DNA of 64,000 nucleotides from Camelus dromedarius (lineage: Eukaryota). The notes under the pieces are model-generated. The model saw nothing but the letters and a program-made list of their open reading frames with translations. It was not told the origin of the DNA and searched no databases. Numbering within the stretch: position 1 is the stretch's first letter; every line of letters begins with the position of its first letter. Made by a program: the position numbers and the translations under genes. Shown here piece by piece: positions 39,456 through 50,900 of the stretch. The stretch covers positions 71,984,001-72,048,000 of the forward strand of contig NC_087436.1 of NCBI RefSeq assembly GCF_036321535.1, read 5' to 3'.

Positions 39456-41009
39456 TCCTTTTTCCTTGCTTGCTTATTTATGAAAACTTCTAGATAATTT
39501 TTTAAAATAGTTTTTATACTATGTTGTAGACTATTGTCCACAGCAGATTCTAGTTAAAAAGCACTGAATATTGGTTACTGTAGGAGGTTAAGACCACTCA
39601 AGGATGGATTTATGACACCAAAGGCTAGATTATGTGGTGAACTAAAAAAATGTTCCCAAGTTAAGCACTGTTTGGTGCTGCTAGGGCACACTGTTCATTA
39701 AATAACCACTTAAGTATTCTAACAGATAAGTTGGAGATGAGAAAAATCATTATGTTTTTATAGGATCACTCAAGAATGATGCTACTCAAAATTTAACATC
39801 TATTTTTTTCTTAGTCTTGTTCAGTTCTCTATTGATAGACCTTTTAAAACACAAGTTTTAACCACACTTAATTGTTTTGATTGAATGTAATTAACATTTT
39901 AATCAATTATTATTATTTTTTATTCTACAAGTGTTTATTGAACACTCCTTGTGTACAAGGTGGTGTCCTGGGTACGGTCACTGTCCTCCAATTGCTTTAG
40001 TCAAGAAGGAAGCAACTAATAACAATGCAACAGATTATGGCCATTATAGAGGGGGTGACATGTTGTTGAGAGAATCAAAGGGTGGGTGAGACCAGTTTTG
40101 ACTGGGGAAAGTCACACTGCAAGAGATGAACATTTAAGAAGCATCTTCGAAATGAGTGAGTAATCATCAGTTCAAGTAAAGAAAAAGGCAAATACGTGAA
40201 AGAGGAAAACATGGGCTATGACAAAACATGATGAATGATTTTAGGGCCGCAGAGGGTGGGTAGGAAAGGTATAGATATGGAAGATCAAACAAGATATGCA
40301 AACTATGTAGGATTGAGTAGATTTTCATGAGCTTTACTCCAAGGGGTCTGGTCAATGCCTTGCAGGTAACAGAAGACCAAAGTAATATCTAAGCAGGGAG
40401 GTTACCTTTTAAGAATATAACTCATGAGAAATGGAGGATGGGGAGTAGGGGCAGGTGAAAGAGTGGAACAAGGCAAGGTCAGTAAATGGTGACAAAAAAA
40501 TCAGTCCACCAGTAAGGAGGCTGTTTATTGTATTAGCTTTGAATAGAAATCTAAAAATTACATTCATGTTTTGGCCTCTGCTGCAGGAGAAAACATTTGC
40601 TCAGAGCAAAAAAACGTGCTTTCAGTTCGAACTCAATTGCTTTGTACTTTACATTTTTCTTTCAATTCTGTTGCAATATCTGTGGACTTTGCCTGATTTT
40701 GGTGTAATTCTAAAAGGTATTAACTTAGAGATCACAATAAGATAAAGTAGAGTTCAACATTAAAGTATTTAATAGGAAAAATGATTTTTTTATTGTTAAG
40801 AGGAAAGTTCAAGTAAGATAAAACTGTTTGGAAAATTTATAAGCCAAATGATATTTCACTGACATAAATAAGGGGAAAAAATGATGGGAAACACTAGAAC
40901 AAACTGACAAAATACAATAATAAATTGGAGATTTTAGAACATTTCTACTTCTTAGAAAAACCAAATTAAGCAAACAACAAATAAAGACTCAAGGCAGAAA
41001 CGTGTCTAG

Positions 41010-42235
41010 TCAAGGTTGCCAATGACTTCCATGATGCAAGGTCCTGTAGTCATTTCTCAGTCTTTGACTTACCTGTGTTCTCTCACTAGAATCTGACTCA
41101 ATTGATTACTCCCTTTTCCTTGAAACATTTTTCTACTTGAGTTCTGGATCTTATTGGCTACATCTTCTCAGTCTTCTTCATTGTATTTTCTGCAATTCTT
41201 TGACCTCTAAATGTTGGAGTGCCCCAAAGCAGCTGTTCCTGAATCTGCACTTTTCCCAGGTGATCTCTTATAGACTTGGTGCATTAATACCATCTAGATG
41301 TTGACAACACATGTTTATATCTCCAGCCTGGTTTCTTCCTTACTTTCTAGCTCTTGTGCCAGCTTCCTCCCTGACATCTTCATGTTGGTATTGCAAAGAC
41401 AATCCAAACATAGCACATTTTAAACTGAACTCTGTCCCACCCCAAATTGGTGTCTCCCTCTGTTTTGTCCATCCTTCTAGTTGCTCAAGCCAGAAACCTT
41501 AGTGTCATCTATGGTTCCTCTGTTTCATATCACCCTACATTCAATCCACGAGCAGAGCTTGTTGGTCCTATCTTCAAAGAATATCCAGAATTTGACTCTC
41601 TCCCAGTATCACCAGTCTAAGCCATGACCATACCACACATGGGTTATTGCAATAGCTTCCTAACAGGTCTCCTTAAATGGACCCTTGCCTCATCCCAGGC
41701 TTGAGACTCCACATAATAATTGAAGTGATCCTTTACATCTACATACATTATGCTACTTTTCACTTAGTGGCTTTCCATCTTACTCAGAGCAAGGTCTCTA
41801 CAGTGGCTCTACATGGTGATAGCTTTCTGCCATTTTCTCTTTCTTCTTTTCCACTGGGTCCCTTTGCTCGGGCACAGTGGTTCCCTTGATGTTCTTCAAG
41901 TTACCAATTAATTTCCTGCTCAGAGTTTTGCCCTTGTGATTTTTCTTCCTTGGAAACTGCCCTCAGATATGTGTGGGGCTCACCCCATCACCTCCTCAGG
42001 CTTCTACTTATTATATCACCTGCTAGATGAGCAGTCCTTCTTGACTGTCTTATTTTAAATTGTACACCTACCTTTATTCCCCACACCAGTTATCAAAATC
42101 TGTCTGCCTCCGCTAGTGTAAGCCCCGTGAGGACAGGGCTTTCTGTTTTGTTGACTTCTGTTACCGTCAGCATAAGAACAGCGCCTGGAACATGGTAGGC
42201 ATTCGGTAACTATTTGATGGATGTGTGGATGAATA
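41010..42235 (+). mobile_element. L2 LINE relic
   Basis: ccaatgacttccatg...tttctcagtc...ttgcaatagcttcctaacaggtctcc...gcctggaacatggtaggcattcggtaactatttgatggatg. Confidence 0.8.
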
Positions 42236-42401
42236 CACATGCCATGGGCTGTATTTTCTTCTAAGGTGGTGAACTAGAAGGGTAGCTAGCTCGATCTGTA
42301 AAAGTCACACTGGGGAGAAGGAGAAGCATGGGTCTGAGAAATTGACATCAAAAACACAAGAAACCACTGAGGAGGTTAAAGACTCAAGCTTGAGGAGAGG
42401 A

Positions 42402-42785
42402 TGTATTGCTGTCTCGTGGCTACTCTAACAAACGACTGCAAACTTGGTGGCTTAAAGCAACAGCTTTCTCTCGCTCACGGTTCTGGAGACCAGAGGTCTG
42501 AAATCTACCAGGGTAGTGCGCCCGCCCGCCACCTCCATGCCCCCGGGGCTCTAGCGGAGCGTCCATTCCCCGCCTCTTCCGGCTCTGGGGGCTGCCCCGG
42601 CAGTCCTGGGCTCGCTGCTTCCCTCTAGTCTCTGCCTCCATCTTCTTGTCGTTGTCTTGTCTGTGTGTCTGGATCTGCTCCTTCTTCTTCTCTGCCTTAG
42701 GTCTCCCCTTGCCTTTCTCTTAAGGACCCAACTGATAATTCTTATCTCAAGATCTTTAGCTTAATTACATCTGCAAAAGCCAGAT
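42402..42785 (-). mobile_element. MLT1C/D-like MaLR solo LTR, unusually CpG-rich
   Basis: tgtattg...aaacttggtggcttaaagcaacag...ctcacggttctggagaccagaggtctgaaatc...ttaattacatctgcaaa. Confidence 0.8.
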
Positions 42786-43054
42786 TGCCTGGTGTCTACA
42801 GGATAATATTAGGATAGGACTAAACTCTTGCTGGGGTGACAAACTGTTGAAAATAGGTGAGTATAGTCCAGACACTCTTAAAAATGACTCTTCTAGTCTC
42901 TCTCCCTTGCCATGCCCTACTGCATGCACCAGGACAGGAGGATTACCATATAAAGAATTTGTCTCCTCCCAATGACGCCACTTTTAAAGAGTTAAGGGAG
43001 ATTACAGAGAATTGCTTGATTATAAGGAATTAAGCTGGTAATATATGATAGTAA

Positions 43055-43858
43055 GATACTTGGAAATCCCCAAATGTTCATAAACTAAATAACACACTTC
43101 TACAGAACTCCCAAACCGAAGGAAAAATAAAAAGGGCATTTAAAAATATTCTAAATTGAATGAAAATGAAAACACAGCATATCAGAATTTGTGGGATACC
43201 ATTAAAACGGTATTTAAGGAAAATTTATAGCACCAAAGGTACTCTATTTTGTAATTTATAGCATGCTGTTATCCTCAGTTAACTTAGAAAAGAAGTTCTC
43301 AAACCAATGAACTCAGATTCCACCTTAAGAAACTAGGGAAAGAAGTATGAATTAAAACAAAGCAAGCCAAAGAAAGGAACTAGTAGAAATCAAAAAAATA
43401 GAAAATGAAACCAAATGCTGGTTCTTTGAGAAGATCATTACCATTGATAAACCTCTAGATGGATTTTTCAGAAGAAAAACAAGAGAAAAAAACCAAATTA
43501 CTGGTATCAGGAATGAGAGAGGTGACAACACTTTAGATATCAAAAAAATAAGGGAATATTTTAAAAAATATTTTGCCAATATATTTGACAACTTAGATAA
43601 AATGGACAAATGCCTTGAAAGATACACACTACCAAAGTTCATTTAAGAAAAAAATAATCTGATTATTTCTATACCTATTAAAGGAATGGAAAATTTAGTT
43701 AAGCTCATTCCCTTAAAGAAAACCCCAGGCTTCACTGTTAAATTCTACTAAACATTTAAGGAAGAAATAATACTAATTCTACACAAACTCTTCCAAAAAA
43801 TTGAAGAGAAGGAAATACCTTCCAATTTATTCTATGAGGCCAGCATTACACTGATACT
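43055..43858 (+). mobile_element. Old L1 ORF2 fragment (between EN and RT), decayed
   Basis: A-rich; aatgaaaatgaaaacacagcatatcagaatttgtgggat, tggttctttgagaagatc, cacaaactcttccaaaaaattgaagag...attctatgaggccagcattac. Confidence 0.88.
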
Positions 43859-44043
43859 GTCTTTCTGCCATGTGAGGATACAACTAGAAGCTGGCAATCT
43901 GCACCCCAGAAGAGAGCTCTCACCAGAGCTGGTGCCCTGACTCAGACTGCCAGCCTCCAGAACTAGGGGAAGTCAGTTTCTGCTGTTGATGAGTCCCCCA
44001 CTTAGTGGCATCTTGTTATGGCAGCCTGAGCTGACTCAGGCAC
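43859..44043 (+). mobile_element. MLT1 LTR 3' half
   Basis: ctgccatgtgaggatac...ccagcctccagaact...ttgttatggcagcctgagctgact. Confidence 0.78.
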
Positions 44044-44049
44044 AATTCC

Positions 44050-45170
44050 CTCTACCCAGTTCTCCCTTTCTTCTATAGATGACTTTTCTCAGTTCTTGGT
44101 TTATCCATTCTCTTATTTTTTAACATTTAAGCAAATATGTATATAAATACATTCCCACTGCACCATTTTATCTATATTACACAAGGGATTACATATTATG
44201 TTATATTGTTTTATACCTTTTTCACTTAAAAACATAATCTTGGCGATCACTCCACATTAGACTTAAGTTTTTTTCCTTCATTTTTTTTAACAGCTTCACA
44301 GAATTTCTTTGTGTTGCTCTGCTATAGTTTATAATTGACCTTCTATTGACGGATATTTGGATTCAATTTCCAATCTTTTGCTATTGCAAATAATTGCAAA
44401 GAATAACCTAGTGCTTTAGTCATTTAGTAATATTAGTAGTATATTTTTGGCATAGGTATCTATTAGAAATTTTTTGTCTCAAAAGACAAATACTTATTTT
44501 TGTTTTAGATTTTGTCAAATTCTCTTCCATAGATACTGCATCACCATTTTGCATTCCCACCAGCAGTGGATGAGAGGACTATTTTCCTGCAGTTTTATCC
44601 ACAAAGTATGTTGTCAAACTTAATTTTTTGCCAATCAGATAGGTGAGAAGTGGTGCTGTGGTGTTGTTTAAATAAGCATTTCTCTTATGATGAGCATCTT
44701 TTTTTGTGTTTAAGTCCTTTAAATTCTTTTTTCTTTTTGTGTACTCTCTGCTTATATCATTTTTACTATTCCCCTTCTATCAAATCCTTGGTCTTTTTTT
44801 CCCCTTCAGATTTCCAGGACCTCTTTGTATATGCTGATAAGATTGCAGCTACCTTTCCTCGGTTTTTCCTCTGAGTTTTTGACTTTGCCTACAGCACTTT
44901 TCCATGTACAGTCTTAAAATGTTTTATGTAGTTGAATTCATTACTGCTTCTGAATTTTGTGTCATAGGAAAATTTTTCCCAGTTCACTTGTGTTTCTTCT
45001 AGTACATTTACCGTTTTTTCCTCCTTTTTACATTTGGACCTCTGATCTATTTGGAACTATCCTAGTGCATGGAGAGGCATTTGAATCTAATTTTAGATTT
45101 TTAGTTTATTGTATATGTCTCTCTCTTGACTTCCAGTACCACACTGTTTTAATGATTATGCTGTTTTAGA
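44050..45170 (-). mobile_element. Old L1M relic
   Basis: ttccaatcttttgctattgcaaataat, ccattttgcattcccaccagcagtggatgag, tttgccaatcagataggtgag; boundaries approximate. Confidence 0.65.
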
Positions 45171-45249
45171 ATGCATTTTATTATCTGGTGGTGCTGCTTT
45201 GCGCAACCCCTCACTTCAGTAGCTTATTTTCTCCCTAGAATTCTTGTGA

Positions 45250-45527
45250 TTATTCTTCTCACTCGTGTATACCCCAGTCAGTGGATAAATGCTCCAGCTT
45301 CCCAGTCTCTGCCAGGACAATTCCAGGAAATCTTCCACTTCTCAGACAGCTCCCAGGAGTCTTGCACCCAGGTGCCTACACCGTCACTCTTCTCAGTCAC
45401 ACCTGCTTTGTTAGCGTTTCTCCCTTCTTGGTCTCACTTCCTCCCTTCTGCATCCTCAAGTCACCTTCCAAATAAACCACACATCTTTGTCTGGAGGTCT
45501 GCTCTGGGGGCAACCCAAACTAAGAAA
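45250..45527 (+). mobile_element. LTR33/LTR16-like ERVL LTR fragment
   Basis: caccttccaaataaaccac...ggtctgctctgggggcaacccaaactaaga 3' terminus. Confidence 0.65.
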
Positions 45528-47609
45528 GAGTCATTTTCAGATTTTGACCCAGAGGTAAGAGATCCCAATGACTGTGACCCGAGTATGCTATGTACCTGGG
45601 TGTGCTGGTAGAGAAAGGGAGGAGGGAGCGGAGTCCTCTAATTCAGCTGTTCTGAACATAGCGTTTTAGCTTGTTCTCTTGATTCTTTCCCTATAGCCTA
45701 TGTCTGTTCTTCATAGTCCTTAGACTTAGAGCTTCTCTGAAATGCCCTGGGAAGGGTTGACCTTATCTTCCATATTTTGAGCTGAAGTTCCTTCTTATTT
45801 ATTTTCCCAATCAACTTGATCCCATCTATTTTAATTTCCAGGATTTTCTCAAGAGTCTGAGTGTACTGCTGGCTCACTCTCTCTCCCCCCAGCCCAGTGT
45901 CTTTATGTATATGCATGTGTCTCTACTGTTGAAGCAAAACTTCTTAGGCTTATTTATCTGAGTGTCAAAATGTATTACCCACTAATGAAGGAGTTAGCAG
46001 TTAGATAATTCCAGGCAAATCCAAAATGACCAGAAAGAAAAGTAGTTTAAGTACATTAACCTTTTAACTAGACACAGACTGCTATTTCATTTCATATGGT
46101 CATAAAAAAAATCACATTCTTACAGTGATAGGGAGGGTTAGATTTGTGGAGCAGATACATTGGAGCTGTCTTCTTACAATTGCCAGGCATGAACCAGTAA
46201 TCAGAAATAATAAGTAACACATCTGGGAAGAAAATAAAGAAGCTAATTGATCTAATAGTTGAATATACCTAGAAGCAGGTTTTATACCTTTACAAAAGGC
46301 CAATTAGAGGTCACCAGGATCAGTAATGTTCACTAGTTGCCACCAAAGATACTGACCAAACCATCTGCATAATTCTCAGTATGGGGACAGAATCAATGTC
46401 TCTGCCTCTACCTCTCTCTCTCCCCACCTCCTCTGTTTCCCGCTCTCACTCTCTTCCCCTCTCTTCTCTCTTCCTTTGTTTTAGTTTAACAGGTCTGTTC
46501 AGCCTACCATTTTCTGTATATGATATATAAAATTTTAGATTCTGCTCTTCCTCGAAATATGATGTAGAACTACTTCTCCCTGTTACTGTATATACTTTTT
46601 CTTCATTAGTTATAAAAACACAAGTACTAATGTATAGCCTGACTATACTACTGTTTACTTATCTATAAGTAATCTGTGGAGTGACACTTGAAACTGTAAA
46701 TATGCTATTGCCTGATAGTTTCTCACCAGTGACTTCAGCATCCATTCGTGAATCTGGTTTAAATCAGTTGTTACTATGAGAGTTACAAATGAGTATTAAC
46801 ATTTGTTAGTTGACATTCTTATATAGATGTTAAGAGTTTCCCTTCCTCGACTTTTGATTTAATTTTATATTGGTATAGATTCATGAATTCTTTTTTCCCC
46901 CAAATTTAATGGGTTATATAATACATTCCTATCATTATTTTATTGTCCCATTATCAAATTGTCCCATTGGCTTCTGTCTTCTTTGACATGTCCCCATCAT
47001 GACATGTCCCCTTAGTTTCTGGCATGTTCTCTGCTCATTTTATACTTTTCATGGCCCAGCCCTGGAATTATCCATTTCTCTAAGAAGCCCAGGATTCTTA
47101 TGGTAGAGAAAAGTGTTTAAAACCTAAGAGGTGTGCTTCAAGAGTGCTAAATAACTACCTGGTTGCTATTACTTTCAGGCCCTTCTAGTGGACATAACTA
47201 AGAAATAGATTTTTTTTTTATCATATACTAAAAAGTATTTCCATATTTAGGATAATGTTCTTAGTATAAATTCCCAGAATTTGAGTGATTGGTTGAAATA
47301 ACATGAATATTTTTAAGACTATCAATCCTTATCATAAACTTGTTTTCCAAAAGTTTTGATTTTATGGGTACTTGTTTTGCTATATGTTTACCAGAATTAG
47401 ATCTTAATTTTTTTCTTTTTTATATTTCTAATAGATATATAAAAATTATATATTTTAAATTTAACTTCCTTTGATTACCAGTGAAGTTTAGCATCTTTCT
47501 AGGTATGTTTCTTCTTTGGTGAATTATTTATTCTAGCCCTTTTTTCTTTTAGCACTTGTAATATTTCAAGATTTTTTTTTTAAAGTTGTCTATTTGATTA
47601 GGTACTGTG

Positions 47610-47830
47610 CATACTTGACCTGTGGACTTTTTTTTCTAACTCAATAGATTTTTCCAGTGAAACACAGAGATAATTTCTTCCTAGTTAATAATTAGCAAAA
47701 AATTCTGCAGTGTGATCAAATAAAAATCAAATATGAGGTATATGAGAAATAGGTTAAACAAGTTACTTTTTTACTAATAGTGTCAAAGAATAATATAAAA
47801 ACTTGATTTTCCTCAGTTACATTACTTTCT
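47610..47830 (+). promoter_or_regulatory. AFM proximal promoter
   Basis: DR1 TGACCTgTGGACT 47616-28; HNF1 GTTAATAATTAGC 47684-96; weaker HNF1-like GTTACTTTTTTAC 47762-74; TATAAAA 47794-800; same two-HNF1 plus TATA layout as the AFP promoter. Confidence 0.8.
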
Positions 47831-47856
47831 TTTGTGAATGTGTTATCTAAAAAAAA

Positions 47857-47944
47857 ATGAAACAATTAAAACTTACAGGTTTTGTTATTTTCTTTTTCTT
47901 TTTGACTGAATCCCTAACTCTGCCCACAAAGCCTCAAGATGTAG
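47857..47944 (+). CDS. AFM: AFM exon 1 coding part (signal peptide)
   Basis: [30 protein letters not shown]|gtaag. Confidence 0.95.
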
Positions 47945-50900
47945 GTAAGAAATTTACTTGTATGTCAGCTAAGGAATGACTAAGTTGGGATAATTTCTAT
48001 TTTTTCAACCTTGTTTTCTTTTAATTTAAGTTTTTACTTGCTTTTTCTTCCCTTTCCCTAGTTTATATATAATGATCAGATATCCTGAACTAACCTTCCC
48101 AGATTTTATATTTTGGTGGTCAGGTTACCCTGTCTATAGACAGAGGCAGTTATGGCACCCAGCAAATGGTCACCAGCCTCACGGCAGTGTTACTGGGAAA
48201 TATAAGTCAGATTTGAAATTGTTGGCATTTCTTGCAAATGTGTACAGTGTATGGTAACAGGGAAACATTAGGTATGAGCTGGGATTTTTCTGGAACCTTT
48301 GGTTGTCCGATGAATGTCCTGACTAGATGGTGAACAGCTTCACAGTATGCAGCACTCTGCTTCTTCCAGCTGTGCAGTGTGTAAATGTCCCCAAGCCTGT
48401 GCCCCCCCAAGCCTGGCCGAGGCAGCGTCAGCCTGGAGGACATGGGGACTGTTACATTTCTTCTACTAAAAGGGGAAACATTTTGAACTTCATCTATTCA
48501 GAGGTGTCTTTTTGTAATCCCTCTGGTCTGAAAGGAATACCTTTTTGTAACGTGAACAAAGGTGCTATAAGTATTGCAGTGACCTTGAAGATCTGGACTG
48601 TGTCCAGACAGTTAAGACATTAACTTGGAACCCACACCACACCCCCTCCCCAACCATGCCTGTTAGTGAGCCCAGTCACAGTGTTGAAGAAGGTGGTCAT
48701 TCTTGAGTATTCCTTCTCCTGGGCCCCTTGCAACAACTTAGTAAAAAACATCTTGTTGATTTTTGTCTCTAATATCTTTTGCATCCGCGTTTTCCTTTGC
48801 ATTTCCATTATTCCTACCAAAATACATATCCTGCCAATTTCTCAATAGAATAGTTGTAGAAGTCTCCTAGTGGGCTTCTTGCTTTTGTCCACCCACCCAT
48901 TCATTCTTCCATCCATGTATTTGACAACTAGTTCTTGTCACTTTCTATTTGTCAGGCACTGTGGAAGATCCCAGCATATCAGACATACCACTACCTAGCT
49001 GATGCTTCTTAGCATATAGAAATGGTGATATTACTATTCTGTATAAACTCTTTCAGTGGCTCTTCATGGCTTCCAGCTGGAGCCTAAATTACTCAGCTTT
49101 AGATGAAAGACCCCCATAATCTGAATGCAGGTTCTTTCTACCTTAGGTTCTGTTATTACTCTTTATGACCCACTTTCTCATCAATCGCAGGATTTCTTAC
49201 TTTTGTGTTTTTACTTACGACCATTCTTTCCACACAGAAACATGAGACTCCTTATTCCTCAGCTAGCTGAAATCCTGCACATTTTTTCAAACTCCATTCA
49301 TATGCCCCTCCTCCTATAATCCTTTCTCAGTTCCTCACTTAGAGATCATAAAGCATTCCTGGCATTTAGAACGTCATGTACATTCTACACTGGCTTATAG
49401 TCATGTTCCTGAGTCAAATGCACTGTAAGAATACTGAGGAACCCCCTGAGGTCCAGGGAAGATATTTTAGTCATCACTGATTGCCCATAGTATCCAGCGT
49501 AATACTTTGCAAAAGTAAGGACTCCATGAAAGTAGTCTATGTGAACACATGTAAATGTGCTCTGATTAGTATATGCTCTCTGGGAGGGAATCAATGATTT
49601 TAGACTAGTCCAGAGGTCGCCTAAATGTCTGTCTGGCTAACATTATAAACTTTACTGACCACCAGCATGCTGCAGCATCATCTCTTGTCAGGCACTGCTG
49701 TAGCATTGTACCACATAACAATGCACCTTCATAATACTTCTCTAGTCATACCTGATACATAGCATGGAGATGGTGCTTGTGTTTGACATTTGTGGCTGGG
49801 GAGCCATCAATAGCAAATCTGATGAGTTTGAGATTAATTCAAGTCCATCAACTTAATATTTTTTGAGCACATAATCAACTAATATCAACACGTAAGACCT
49901 AATACTTCATTCATATGACTTCTTTACTTCACGTTATACATGCCAAATTATTTTCTACCATCAGATTTTATTTTCTACTTTATAAATTTAGACATCACAT
50001 ACTGTCATTTATTGGGAAAATGTTAAAATATCAGGATATATAGTAACGTAAATTTCTTTGCTTTTCAGATGATGTCAGTGTCACCAAAAAATTTATAGAG
50101 GAGAATGTTGAATATATGTGAGTTTCTCTAAACTCATTTTGATGATGATGTTGTTTATCATAATCTCATCTGATATCTTCCAGAAACGTTAATGCTTCTC
50201 AAAAGTAATTTAAATATAAATTATATCAAAAAGTAAATATAGTATTAATCATAAAATTTGGATAAGGCAATTGAATCGTCAGGAAATTGTAAAACTTACA
50301 GCCTTCACACTTTGATAATTTCCTGAGGTTAGTTAGCAAGTGAGTGTTCCTATGAGTTTTTGTTGGACATACATGGACATTCTGCAGGTCATCATTGTGT
50401 ACTCTGTGTGGACTATTGCAGCACCATCATTGCATTTGCTCAATATATTCAGGAGGCATCCTTTGAAGAAGTAGAAATGTTGGCGAAAGCCATGACAGAA
50501 TACAGAGATAAATGCTTGGCTGACAGGACACTCCCAGAGTGTTCAAAATTAGCTGTAAGTAAATCATTTGCATTTCTTAAACAAACAAGCTTATTTGTCA
50601 ACACTGAGCGAATTTTTGGCTCGGAAATATAAAAAGAGAGATGCTCTGCGCTCCTGTTTTTATTTTGCCCGACTGCAGAATTTAGGATAAGGCACTTCCC
50701 AGGAGGGATGCAATTCTGTGTTATGATGCCCAGGAGGACTTGGCTATGAGCTTGCAGTCCATGCCATGTGTACACAGGCAGGAAGGCAGCCAACAGCCTG
50801 ACAAAGCCCGCAGAGGTACAGCGGTACCCTCTCCCCTGCCTCTCTCAATATGTGCTCTACTGTCACAGCCCCTTTTGTTGCCTTCCCCCAAACAGAGTCA

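Noticed and set aside
43055..43858. Possible intact L1 ORF2
   Set aside because: About 0.8 kb with no long plus-strand ORF in the track; decayed fragment
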